A stretch of DNA of 22,130 nucleotides, from positions 1 through 22,130 of IMG/VR virus record IMGVR_UViG_3300024581_002302. One strand, given 5' to 3'. Of this stretch, positions 1-8,174 are shown one piece after another. The stretch is from a virus. Numbering within the stretch: the stretch's first letter is position 1; the number at the start of each line of letters is the position of its first letter. The notes under the pieces are model-generated. The model had not been told where the DNA came from and searched no databases. It saw nothing but the letters and a program-made list of their open reading frames with translations. The position numbers and the translations under genes are program-made.

Positions 1-67
1 CAAACTGTCCACTTAAGACACACTGCACAGAGGCCTGTGCGATCTGGAACTCCGCAGTGCAGGCAAT

Positions 68-92
68 AAAAAAGGGCCGAATGACCGGCCCT
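68..92 (-). terminator. Rho-independent terminator downstream of the tRNA 3' fragment
   Basis: Minus strand reads AGGGCCG-GTCATT-CGGCCCT followed by a T-run. Confidence 0.8.
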
Positions 93-107
93 GACTGGTG
101 TCTGAGT

Positions 108-152
108 TGGTGGCGGGGGGGAGATTTGAACTCCCGACCTTCGGGTTATGAG
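108..152 (-). other. 3' half of initiator tRNA-Met(CAT); probable att core (attP or prophage boundary)
   Basis: Minus strand CTCATAACCCGAAGGTCGGGAGTTCAAATCTCCCCCCCGCCACCA gives the anticodon loop, T-arm and CCA end. The upstream sequence provides no D-arm and no 5' anticodon or acceptor strand. Confidence 0.85.
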
Positions 153-299
153 GGCGAAACATTTCTTCAGGATCCCAGTCTCTCACTGGAGCATTCTCTG
201 AGGTTCCCCTCCTGGTTCCCAGACACACGGTGCCCTTACCCGAAGATCTCGCCTTCTCTCTGTGTATTCCGGACCTGTTCACCGGGTAACAAACAAGAC

Positions 300-335
300 A
301 AAAGAAAAGCGCCCCGCCTATGAAGGCGAAGCGCT
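300..335 (-). terminator. Probable terminator downstream of the recombinase gene
   Basis: AGCGC..CGCCT-N4-AGGCG..GCGCT interrupted stem, followed on the minus strand by TTTCTTTT. Confidence 0.55.
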
Positions 336-396
336 GAGAGAACCCACATGTAACCGCTCAGGATGAGCAGACAACAAAGGGTACGAGGGGCGACAT

Positions 397-1302
397 TCAG
401 AGAGCCGCGCCGGTGGTTGCCCGACCTGCGTTCAGGTGCTCGACCTTGGCTGCATCCTTCAGAGCGGGCAGAGCCTTGGCAGCAGATGAAGTGGTGATCT
501 CACCGCCGCACTGCTTCTCGAGGGTGGACCAGCCCTCGGTGGTCAGACCAGACAGGCGGGCCTGCTTGTACAGAGCAGCGACTGCACCCTTCAGGTCTTC
601 GCGCTCGGGAAGTTCAGACGCCTTGGCATCCGCCGCAGGGGCCTCCACCTTCTTCTCCGGTGCCGGAGTAGGTGCCGAAGATTCCGCCCTCTCCGCTTCC
701 TTTCCCGAGAACGCAGCCTCGAGAGATTCGACAGCCTTGGCGGTGGCCTTCTCCTTTACCGGTGCAGGTGCGGGTGCTTCTTCGGCCACGGGCTCCGGAC
801 GAGAGAAGCCGGCCTGGTCCATCTCCTCGGAGGCATACAGACCAGCGAGCAGATCGGAGAAGCCGAGGCGCAACGCAGAAGCGAGCGCGACCTTCTTGAT
901 CATGGTCGACGGCATCTTCTGCCAGAGGTTCCCGCCCTTGTAGTCGTCGAAGCGGACGGTGGAGGTGAAGCCGCGGGTGCAGCCCTTGCGGTAGATGGTC
1001 ACGCCGCAGGCAGCTGGGGGAGACTTCGGCAGCCAGACGTCGAACTTGCTTCCCTCTGCGTCATAGAAGACGGTGTCGATTCCGTCGAGTGAAGGTGCGG
1101 CCACCTTCAGCATCCCGTTGATCGAGGTGATGAACGTGCACTTGCCACCCTTCGGGATGGCGTACAGCTCGTTGTTCAGCGGGTCGAGGCCGCGGCTGAT
1201 GGAGATGTGCTCGAGCTGAGCAAGGGCTGCAGCGTCCAGACCCTTGCCGACGGTTGCGGAGACCAGCTTCTTCGTGCGGTCGTCCCAGCGTTGTTCAGAC
1301 AT
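397..1302 (-). CDS. Bet/RecT-family single-strand annealing protein
   Basis: GLDPLNNELYAIP, TSINGM and LWQKMPSTMIKKVALASALRLGFSDLLAGLYASEEM are typical Bet-like motifs, followed by a Pro/Ala/Glu-rich linker. Start placed at MSEQ. Confidence 0.85.
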   Translation of the reverse strand: MSEQRWDDRTKKLVSATVGKGLDAAALAQLEHISISRGLDPLNNELYAIPKGGKCTFITSINGMLKVAAPSLDGIDTVFYDAEGSKFDVWLPKSPPAACGVTIYRKGCTRGFTSTVRFDDYKGGNLWQKMPSTMIKKVALASALRLGFSDLLAGLYASEEMDQAGFSRPEPVAEEAPAPAPVKEKATAKAVESLEAAFSGKEAERAESSAPTPAPEKKVEAPAADAKASELPEREDLKGAVAALYKQARLSGLTTEGWSTLEKQCGGEITTSSAAKALPALKDAAKVEHLNAGRATTGAAL

Positions 1303-1303
1303 G

Positions 1304-1337
1304 AAAAAACCCTGCCATGTGGGAAACACGACAGGGT
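1304..1337 (-). terminator. Terminator-like hairpin between the repressor and recombinase genes
   Basis: ACCCTGTCGTG-N7-CATGGCAGGGT, an 11-bp stem with G-U pairs, then a T-run. Confidence 0.65.
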
Positions 1338-1369
1338 ATGAGGCATCGCAACGTCTGGACGTCGTGATG

Positions 1370-2098
1370 TCAGGAGAGCGCAGCGACCACAGCCTGGGGC
1401 TCGCGGTCCTTGCCATCGAGTGCCTTCAGTGCGCTGCAGATGGCGTTGATGTCAGCGGTCAGCTCGTCGGCGGAGTAGCTGTCGATCGAAGCAGCGGCCG
1501 CGATCATCTTCCGGGCCTTGGCGTCGTCAGTGACAGATGCGAAGAGGGCCTTCGCTTCCATGAAGTCCTTGCCGCTGGCCTTGATGGTCTTCTCGATGAA
1601 GGCGCCGATCTGCTGTGCAGCCTCGGAGGTGGTGGCAGAACCAGCACCGCCAACGACGCCGGGGATCTGGATGTAGCCGAGATAGAGGTTGATCCAGCCA
1701 CCGGCATCGATCGGCATCTCAGTGGAAGGATCGAGGATCGCCTTGGCGTCCTTAAGGAGTTCTTCGATGCGGGCAGTCAGCTGACCGGTGCCCATCTGCT
1801 TCAGCAGGTCGCGGTCGTTGTGGTACGCCCAGGTCGCGACATTGATCGCGCCGAGCGCGTCGACAGTCTTGACACCGAGCATCCTCATCCGCCCGTTGCG
1901 GATGTGCGAGACCTGACTCGTATGGAGTGCGCCGGGCTCACCGAGTGCGAACTCGGCCAGCTCTTCGAGGATGGGGTGGGACCACTGGTTCTGTGCCAGC
2001 AGATAGATGACGACAGCAGACATGTGCTGCTTGCCGAACTCACGCCGGGCCGCGTTGTCCTGGAGAACCTGAGAACGGTCGAGAGTTGAGGAAGTCAT
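1370..2098 (-). CDS. Putative CI-like repressor with an XRE-type HTH-like N-terminus
   Basis: LHTSQVSHIRNGRMRMLGVKTVDAL resembles XRE helices 3-4. The gene is divergent from small HTH genes and the replication operon. Confidence 0.5.
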   Translation of the reverse strand: MTSSTLDRSQVLQDNAARREFGKQHMSAVVIYLLAQNQWSHPILEELAEFALGEPGALHTSQVSHIRNGRMRMLGVKTVDALGAINVATWAYHNDRDLLKQMGTGQLTARIEELLKDAKAILDPSTEMPIDAGGWINLYLGYIQIPGVVGGAGSATTSEAAQQIGAFIEKTIKASGKDFMEAKALFASVTDDAKARKMIAAAASIDSYSADELTADINAICSALKALDGKDREPQAVVAALS

Positions 2099-2279
2099 GG
2101 ATAAAGGGTGTTGAGTGTTTGATAACCCTGTTGTCACTCACAGGGAATCAGCAGGGAGTTGCACAAGTGCTGCTCCGTCCCGATGCCCTCACCATGGCAC
2201 ACAGTGCGAACCCTGACAAGCAATCGGAAAACGATAAGCATCCGAACCAGACCAAAGCGTAGTCGCCGACACAAAAACG

Positions 2280-2435
2280 ATGATCGATCCGGAGATCAAG
2301 AAATATGTCCACGCCCTACTTGACAGGGGACTGACAGCCCAGACAATCGCTCGCGCGCTTGCGGGACACGTGTCAACGCGCACGATCACGAACTGGGCCA
2401 CCGCATACAGAAAGGAGCAGAACGAGTCCTCGTAG
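2280..2435 (+). CDS. Small Cro-like HTH protein, 51 aa (not in ORF track)
   Basis: MIDPEIKKYVHALLDRGLTAQTIARALAGHVSTRTITNWATAYRKEQNESS shows a clear HTH pattern and is the first gene of the rightward operon. Confidence 0.7.
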   Translation: MIDPEIKKYVHALLDRGLTAQTIARALAGHVSTRTITNWATAYRKEQNESS

Positions 2436-2460
2436 GTTGTGAGGGTACGAACCCTTACAG

Positions 2461-2661
2461 ATGTCCAACGTCACCGCGCGGCAACGCGCACTTCTGAAGT
2501 GGGCCTCAACGCAGACCGTCTTCACCATCTCCGCCTGGACCCGCGAGTCCGGCGTCAGCTATCCGACCGCGAAGAAGGACTTCCAGCGGATCGGCGATGC
2601 CATCGAGCCCTTCTACATGGGCGCCCAGTGCATGGGCTACTCCTTCAAGGAGGCCGCCTGA
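2461..2661 (+). CDS. Small winged-HTH protein
   Basis: TISAWTRESGVSYPTAKKDF resembles a DeoR/HTH_11-type recognition helix. TGATG coupling to the next gene. Confidence 0.6.
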   Translation: MSNVTARQRALLKWASTQTVFTISAWTRESGVSYPTAKKDFQRIGDAIEPFYMGAQCMGYSFKEAA

Positions 2662-3548
2662 TGAGCCGCGAGAACCTCAACATCCCGATCGACAGGATCG
2701 ACTGGATGTGCAACCACCTGAACTGCGAGTTCGGGAAGGCCATCCGTCTTCTGCAGCTGTACGGCTTCATCGAGCACGTGAACTCCGTCTCGTCCGAGTA
2801 CGGGTTCAGGCAGGGCCTGTACGCCAAGAAGTCACACCAGAGCCGGACGACCGTTCGGGACGACCTGGTCTTGCTGACGAAGCTCGGCTGGATCAGCGTC
2901 ACTACCGACGCCCACGGAACCGATGTCGAACTCCTCGGAATCCCCTTCGACGGAGAGGCATGTACTCCCAGTGGTCGACCAGAGGGAGTACGTCCCCCTG
3001 CACAGAGGGAGTCCATCCCCCCGGACAGTGGGAGTCCATCAGATAAGAAGACTCTTAAGAACTCCTCTATCGAGGAGAAGAAGGACGCCCCATCCACTCT
3101 CAAGAAGGAACTCATCCTGAAGTGGAACGAGTGGAAGCCGAAGTCCTGGACCACGTTGAAGGGCATCTCCCCGTCGCGTGATGCTTCGATCCGTGCGCTC
3201 GGCGGTTACCGCGCGGTGATCGAACTGATCCCTGCGTTCATGGCTGGCGCCAAGGCGAACAAGTTCTGGGTCTCGAAGGAGATCTCGTTCGAGAACGTCA
3301 TCGGCACCGGCAAGACGCCGAAGGGTCACTTCCACGAGCTGGCAGAGCGTGGTGCGAGTGCGAACACGCACACCGCCCCGGGTACTTTGTCGCAACCCAC
3401 CAAGCGCCCCGAGCACCGCGACTTCTTCCCTCCGACCGATCCCTGGTCTGAGTTGCGGCCGAAGGTCAACGACTTCAAGGACGACGACGATCGCGATCGG
3501 CGTCATGCCGAGGCGTGGGAGTTCTACCGCCAACAGGAGGCAGCATGA
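2661..3548 (+). CDS. Phage replication initiator (lambda O-like organisation)
   Basis: N-terminal wHTH (QSRTTVRDDLVLLTKLGWISV), a central low-complexity linker carrying DNA repeats, and a position directly upstream of the helicase. Confidence 0.7.
   Translation: MSRENLNIPIDRIDWMCNHLNCEFGKAIRLLQLYGFIEHVNSVSSEYGFRQGLYAKKSHQSRTTVRDDLVLLTKLGWISVTTDAHGTDVELLGIPFDGEACTPSGRPEGVRPPAQRESIPPDSGSPSDKKTLKNSSIEEKKDAPSTLKKELILKWNEWKPKSWTTLKGISPSRDASIRALGGYRAVIELIPAFMAGAKANKFWVSKEISFENVIGTGKTPKGHFHELAERGASANTHTAPGTLSQPTKRPEHRDFFPPTDPWSELRPKVNDFKDDDDRDRRHAEAWEFYRQQEAA
2957..3070. repeat. Iteron array with adjacent AT-richer tract; probable replication origin
   Basis: Four 17-bp units spaced 23 bp apart: 2957 (inverted, CACTGGGAGTACATGCC), 2980 CAGAGGGAGTACGTCCC, 3003 CAGAGGGAGTCCATCCC, 3026 CAGTGGGAGTCCATCAG. 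They are followed by ATAAGAAGACTCTTAAGAACTCCTCTAT. Confidence 0.75.
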
Positions 3549-5149
3549 CCGACCAGAACTTCCAGGAGAAGATCTTCTCCGCAGTCGATGAGCTGATCGC
3601 CGACGGCACGTTCTCGATGGAGGACGGCCAGCTGGCGGTCGCCAACCCCGAGCAGGTGATCGCTGAACTCGACGAACGTCGGGAGGAGCGCAAGTCCGGC
3701 GAGGTCCTGCAATCCGAGACCAGCGACCAGGAGCGTCTGATCCTGGGCTTCGTGCTCCACGGCGAGAAGGACAACACGCCCGTCTGGGCGAAGTTCCGCC
3801 AGGCCCTCGGCCTGCGTCCTGATCAGGCTGTCCCTTCCAACATCTGGACCGAGACCAGCCACAACCGTCTGAGCGAAGAGGTCGACGCGATCTTCCGCGG
3901 TCAGCGCGACGTCCGCACCCTGAACGGCCGGACCCTGATCGACAGCTACCGCCTCCGGGTGGAACGCGAACAGGCCAGCGGTTCTGTGCAGGCCCTCTCC
4001 CAGATCGTCAGCGAGCTGCGCGACGAGGCCGGTGGCTTCGTCGAGAACGACATGCGGATCGCTATCGAGCTTCTGCAGTCCGCACGTGCCCGCGAGATTC
4101 TCAAGTCCGCAGGCCGCGAGCTGGAGTACGCCCTGAAGCGTGACCGGAACGTCGAGACCGTGGTCTCCGACATGAACCGGGCCATCGAGAACGCGAAGGC
4201 TCTGGTGAAGGGCCGCATGGGTGACGACATCGAGTTCGACACCTTCGAGAGCCTGGCCGAGGTGCTCCGTACCGGGATGCAATCAGAGAAGGCCACTCCT
4301 ATCTCGACCGGCATCCCCGCACTCGACATGGACCTGCAGGGTGGCGTGAACCCGATGGACACCGGGAAGTTGAACGTCATCGCCGCACGCACCGGCGTGG
4401 GCAAGACCACCGTCGGCGTGGCCGCAGCGATGGGGCTCACCCTTAACGGCGGGCACTCCCTGTTCCTCTCCTGCGAGCTGAGCCAGACCGAGATCGGCGC
4501 CCGGGCGATGGCGCACTACGCGTTCAAGCGCGACATGCGCGACTGCAAGTCCTGGATCCTCGAAGGACGTGGCACCACCCGCGAGGTGCCCGCGAACTAC
4601 GACGCCCTGTGCAACCAGTGGACCACCGAACGCCAGGCCGGCGACATCGGCAACTTCCAGTCGAAGGCGATCTTCCACGCATCAGCCGAGGACATGGTCG
4701 ACGCCATGTACGCCGCCAAGGCCAAGGACCCGAAGCTCTCCGCGGTCTTCATCGACCACTTCCACGCCCTGCGTCCCTCGAAGGGATACAACAACCGCTC
4801 GCAGGAGATGGAAGCCCGGATCCTCTTCCTGTACCAGGCCGCCAAGGCTTGCAAGGTTGACCTCTTCCTGATGGCTCAGCTGAACCGGGAGGCCTGCCTC
4901 CACGATAAGCCGGGCCTGGATCACATCAACGGCACCGACGCGATCGCACAACTCGCGACCGCTGTCTGGCTCTTCGAGTTCCCGAAGCGTGAGGAGGGCG
5001 AGCCCTTCGACGGCACCCGCCTGGTCCTGCACCACGGCAAGTTCCGGAACGGTCAGCGCGATGAGCGTGGCCGGCAGGTGTCCTTCGAGAAGCACGGCCT
5101 CATCCTCCAGCGGGAGTTCTGCACCTACACCGGCGAGTTCGCAGCCTGA
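3545..5149 (+). CDS. dnaB: DnaB-like replicative helicase
   Basis: ISTGIPALD, Walker A AARTGVGKT, LSCELS, VFIDHF, MAQLNRE and GKFRNG. ATGA overlap with the initiator gene. Confidence 0.9.
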   Translation: MTDQNFQEKIFSAVDELIADGTFSMEDGQLAVANPEQVIAELDERREERKSGEVLQSETSDQERLILGFVLHGEKDNTPVWAKFRQALGLRPDQAVPSNIWTETSHNRLSEEVDAIFRGQRDVRTLNGRTLIDSYRLRVEREQASGSVQALSQIVSELRDEAGGFVENDMRIAIELLQSARAREILKSAGRELEYALKRDRNVETVVSDMNRAIENAKALVKGRMGDDIEFDTFESLAEVLRTGMQSEKATPISTGIPALDMDLQGGVNPMDTGKLNVIAARTGVGKTTVGVAAAMGLTLNGGHSLFLSCELSQTEIGARAMAHYAFKRDMRDCKSWILEGRGTTREVPANYDALCNQWTTERQAGDIGNFQSKAIFHASAEDMVDAMYAAKAKDPKLSAVFIDHFHALRPSKGYNNRSQEMEARILFLYQAAKACKVDLFLMAQLNREACLHDKPGLDHINGTDAIAQLATAVWLFEFPKREEGEPFDGTRLVLHHGKFRNGQRDERGRQVSFEKHGLILQREFCTYTGEFAA

Positions 5150-6654
5150 TGAGAATCCACCAGAACACCATCGACCAGGTGCGCGAACGCGCGCAGATCC
5201 TGGATCAGTTCGAGCAGTCGAGCCTGAAGAAGATCGGCTACGAGTTCGCGGCCCGCTGCCCATGGCATGACGACAAGCGCCCCAGCCTCAGCATCAGCCC
5301 ACAGAAGAACTTCGCGTTCTGCCACGTCTGCGCACGTGGTGTCGATGCGATCGGATGGGTGCAGGACCGCCAGGGTCTGAGCTTCTCCGAGGCGGTGATG
5401 AACCTCGCCGGCCAGTACAACATCGAAGTGCAGGCTGCAGACGAGGAGGACTCCGCCAAGTTCGAGGAGCAGCGCAAGGAGCGCGCCCGCCTGTTCAGAC
5501 AGCGCGAGCAACAGGTCGCCGAGTACACCGAGGCCGTGTGGGATTCCCCCGCGCTCGAGTACCTGATGGGCCGCGACCTGACACCCGAGACCATCGAAGA
5601 ATGGAACCTCGGCTGGTCTGCTGCTGCTCGCCGGGTGATGTTCCCGCTCAACGATGCGCAGGGGCGCACCGTCGGATTCACCGGCCGGGTCCTCGATGAC
5701 TCGAAGCCGAAGTACAAGAACTCGCAGAACGACGCGATCTACCAGAAGGCGAACCTCGTGTTCGGTCTGGACAAGGCGCGCGAGCGGATCATGCAGACCC
5801 AGCAGGTGGTGATCACCGAGGGTCAGTTCGACGTGATCCGTCTCTGGCAGGAAGACATCCGGAACGTCATCGCCGTGTCTGGTTCATCCCTGACGAAGGG
5901 CATGATCGAGAACCTGGTCCGCACGACCCGCGTGACTCAGGTCGTGCTCTGTTTCGACGGTGACCTGGGCGGAGAGAAGGCAGCCGAGCGTGCGATCAAT
6001 GAGCTGCAGGAGTTCGCACTCCGTGGCGAGCTGGACCTGCGCATCCTGGTCATGCCCGAAGGGACCGATCCGGCTGACTGCGCCGAGATGTTCGGGTTCC
6101 TCCTTGAGGAGGCCGTCACCTGGGTCGAGTACATGTTCGAGCGTGCGGTGGCGAAGGTCGACCTGAACGACCCGACAGCAATCACCAAGGCAGAGCAAGG
6201 TGTGAAGCGAATCCTGCGCATCCTCCCGAAGGGTGGCCTGCGTGAGTACGTGCAGCGCCGGGCGAAGGAAGTCCTGAAGGCTGTCCCTGTTGTCCCCGCT
6301 GCCAAGGTCCACACCCAGAAGCAGATCGACCGCTGCCGGTGGGCCGAGCGTCGCGCGCTTCGTCTGTACCTGCTCGACGAGGGCTGCCGCCCTGCGCTTG
6401 CAGACATCAGCTACACCGACCCGATGATGCAGCAGGCCTGGTCCCTGATCACCACGCTCGAGGGCATGGGTCAGAGCAGCCAGCTGCTGATCGCGTTCGC
6501 TGCGGTCCTGAAGCGACTGGATCGTGACCTGGCCGACGAGCTGTCATCCCTGTGCAACCCGATCGCAGAGGTCGCTCGTGTGATCAAGGCGAACCCGGTG
6601 AACGAGTTGGAGGGGGCGATGAACGTTCTGCTGTCCGATTGTTGTTCGGAGTAG
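5149..6654 (+). CDS. dnaG: DNA primase
   Basis: CHC2 zinc finger CPWHDD...CHVC, GFTGR, PKYKNS, and TOPRIM motifs EGQFD and CFDGDLGG. Confidence 0.95.
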   Translation: MRIHQNTIDQVRERAQILDQFEQSSLKKIGYEFAARCPWHDDKRPSLSISPQKNFAFCHVCARGVDAIGWVQDRQGLSFSEAVMNLAGQYNIEVQAADEEDSAKFEEQRKERARLFRQREQQVAEYTEAVWDSPALEYLMGRDLTPETIEEWNLGWSAAARRVMFPLNDAQGRTVGFTGRVLDDSKPKYKNSQNDAIYQKANLVFGLDKARERIMQTQQVVITEGQFDVIRLWQEDIRNVIAVSGSSLTKGMIENLVRTTRVTQVVLCFDGDLGGEKAAERAINELQEFALRGELDLRILVMPEGTDPADCAEMFGFLLEEAVTWVEYMFERAVAKVDLNDPTAITKAEQGVKRILRILPKGGLREYVQRRAKEVLKAVPVVPAAKVHTQKQIDRCRWAERRALRLYLLDEGCRPALADISYTDPMMQQAWSLITTLEGMGQSSQLLIAFAAVLKRLDRDLADELSSLCNPIAEVARVIKANPVNELEGAMNVLLSDCCSE

Positions 6655-6677
6655 AACAGCCCCCGGTACCCTGTACC
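6643..6677 (+). promoter_or_regulatory. Phage promoter/operator motif (palindrome plus GGTACCCT box)
   Basis: TGTTC-GGAGTA-GAACA, a 6-nt gap, then GGTACCCTGTACC. The arrangement recurs at other gene junctions. Confidence 0.65.
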
Positions 6678-6692
6678 AGCTGAGACGATGCA

Positions 6693-7082
6693 ATGCGGAC
6701 CGCGCTTATGCAGGCAATCGCCTGGATCAGTCACCGCCACATGGTGCACTTCGAGGCGAACAAGAATCTCGCCGGCGCTGTCGGGGCCTTCTTCATGCGC
6801 CTCGTCAACCAGAAGGAATTCGACTATTACAAGGCGTCCTACGAGCAGCAGGGCGAGCTGACTGAACTCAAAGCGCTCTCTGCAGCTTTGGAGATCAAGC
6901 ACCTCGCCGACAACATGGACGGCTGGCAGGACCACCACGGCATCGGTCTGAACATGATCGCCGGCGTCCTGATGGAGCAGACCGAGTGGGAACCCGAGGA
7001 CGTCGACGACTTCGTTGACCGTCTGACCGAGGGCTTCTTCTCCTACGGCGGCGGCCACGGCTTCGACGAGGACCTGGACTGA
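6693..7082 (+). CDS. Hypothetical acidic protein
   Basis: ORF with phage-like GC3 codon usage, downstream of the conserved motif. Confidence 0.7.
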   Translation: MRTALMQAIAWISHRHMVHFEANKNLAGAVGAFFMRLVNQKEFDYYKASYEQQGELTELKALSAALEIKHLADNMDGWQDHHGIGLNMIAGVLMEQTEWEPEDVDDFVDRLTEGFFSYGGGHGFDEDLD

Positions 7083-7237
7083 TGCAAAGCACCGTCTACA
7101 GGCTCGGGATGTGGAACCCCGCCGGCGCAAGGCACAAGGACTTCAAGACAGCCGAAGAGCGCGACAGGTATCGCGAACATGCAACCCGCACCGGGTACGT
7201 CTGTTGGGATGGAGGTGTCCATGTCCACTCTCGTTGA
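7082..7237 (+). CDS. Hypothetical protein, 51 aa (not in ORF track)
   Basis: MQSTVYRLGMWNPAGARHKDFKTAEERDRYREHATRTGYVCWDGGVHVHSR; TGATG-coupled and fills the gap before dcd. Confidence 0.55.
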   Translation: MQSTVYRLGMWNPAGARHKDFKTAEERDRYREHATRTGYVCWDGGVHVHSR

Positions 7238-7763
7238 TTGGCAGATCCGCCGCATGGCCCTGGAGGGCCCGGCCCATGGCATCGAGCCATACAGAGAGGA
7301 GCAGCTGAACCCGGCCAGCTACAACCTGAAGGTCGGCACGAAGGGGATCATCGAGATCGCCCCGCAGCGCTCCTGGCGTGGTTCCAATGAAGCCAAGACC
7401 CGCCAAGAGATCGACCTGACGAGGGGCTTCAACCTGGCCCCCGGTGGCTGGATCCTTGTCGACGTCGAGGAGTTCATCAAGATTCCTCGGAACATGGAGG
7501 CTCAGGTCATCCTTCGCAGCTCTGCAGCTCGTCGGGGATGGGACCACGCGCTCGCTGGGTTCGTGGACCCTGGGTACCAGGGCCGGCTGACGCTCGAGTT
7601 CGTCAACTGCTTGAAGTACGAGTACCTCGAGATCAAGACGGGGATGGAGCTGGTGCAGCTGAAGCTGTCAAAGCTCGAGCAGCAACCCGAGCGCGACTAC
7701 TCCCAGACCGGCAGGTACTACGGCGCGAACATGGTCGAAGGCTGTAAGGACTCGAACATCTGA
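7221..7763 (+). CDS. dcd: dCTP deaminase (trimeric dUTPase fold)
   Basis: QLNPASYNL, LRSSAARRG, AGFVDPGYQGRLTLEF and a C-terminal GRY motif. Confidence 0.92.
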   Translation: MSTLVDWQIRRMALEGPAHGIEPYREEQLNPASYNLKVGTKGIIEIAPQRSWRGSNEAKTRQEIDLTRGFNLAPGGWILVDVEEFIKIPRNMEAQVILRSSAARRGWDHALAGFVDPGYQGRLTLEFVNCLKYEYLEIKTGMELVQLKLSKLEQQPERDYSQTGRYYGANMVEGCKDSNI

Positions 7764-7796
7764 ATCTGAGGATTCGATGAAGTATTGCTTCGGGTG

Positions 7797-7826
7797 TTGA
7801 CACCACGAGGACAGGTGCTGCATATT
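7797..7826 (+). promoter_or_regulatory. Host sigma70-type promoter
   Basis: Intergenic TTGACA-N18-CATATT; the same hexamer pair occurs at 11270-11298. Confidence 0.65.
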
Positions 7827-7850
7827 GTGTTCAAGCGACACCACGAACCC

Positions 7851-8009
7851 ATGCGCAACTTCTTCATGGCTCTGACCGCCACCACCATCGCTGGCATCGC
7901 TGCCACCAGCTACGCCACCCGCACCATCGAGTCCTCCGACCTCGCCGACCAGTTCGCCGAACGGAACGCCCAGCTCTGCCAGCTGGACGCCCGCTACTGC
8001 AAGTCCTGA
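7851..8009 (+). CDS. Small protein with a hydrophobic N-terminus and a C-terminal Cys pair
   Basis: MRNFFMALTATTIAGIAATSYA...LCQLDARYCKS; first ORF after the promoter. Confidence 0.7.
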   Translation: MRNFFMALTATTIAGIAATSYATRTIESSDLADQFAERNAQLCQLDARYCKS

Positions 8010-8012
8010 TCG

Positions 8013-8153
8013 ATGCAAGTCAACGAACGCGGAGTTCGGATCAACCCGAACTGCAAGCCCTCGGAAGACATCTACGCCCAGATCGCGAGGCACAAGGCCA
8101 AGCAGGCCAAGGGCACCACGAAGCAGCAGATCGAATCGCTGCTCGACAACTGA
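8013..8153 (+). CDS. Hypothetical basic protein, 46 aa (not in ORF track)
   Basis: MQVNERGVRINPNCKPSEDIYAQIARHKAKQAKGTTKQQIESLLDN; fills the gap with typical codon usage. Confidence 0.6.
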   Translation: MQVNERGVRINPNCKPSEDIYAQIARHKAKQAKGTTKQQIESLLDN

Positions 8154-8174
8154 ACACTCAACCCCCGAACTGAC

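Noticed and set aside
108-185. Complete tRNA-Met gene
   Set aside because: Sequence 5' of the anticodon loop cannot form the anticodon stem, D-arm or acceptor stem; only the 3' half is present.
2439-2660. N-terminal extension of the initiator ORF as given in the track (similar over-extensions at 1416, 3515, 11965, 12881 and 20375)
   Set aside because: The extensions overlap better-supported upstream genes; internal starts with stop/start coupling or better spacing fit better.
2957-3042. CRISPR-like mini-array
   Set aside because: The 17-bp units have only 6-bp gaps and lie inside a coding region; the geometry fits iterons.
6665-6677. GGTACCCTGTACC as a cyanobacterial LexA box
   Set aside because: The LexA box has GTAC-N4-GTWC spacing; this motif has N3 and a fixed orientation relative to start codons.
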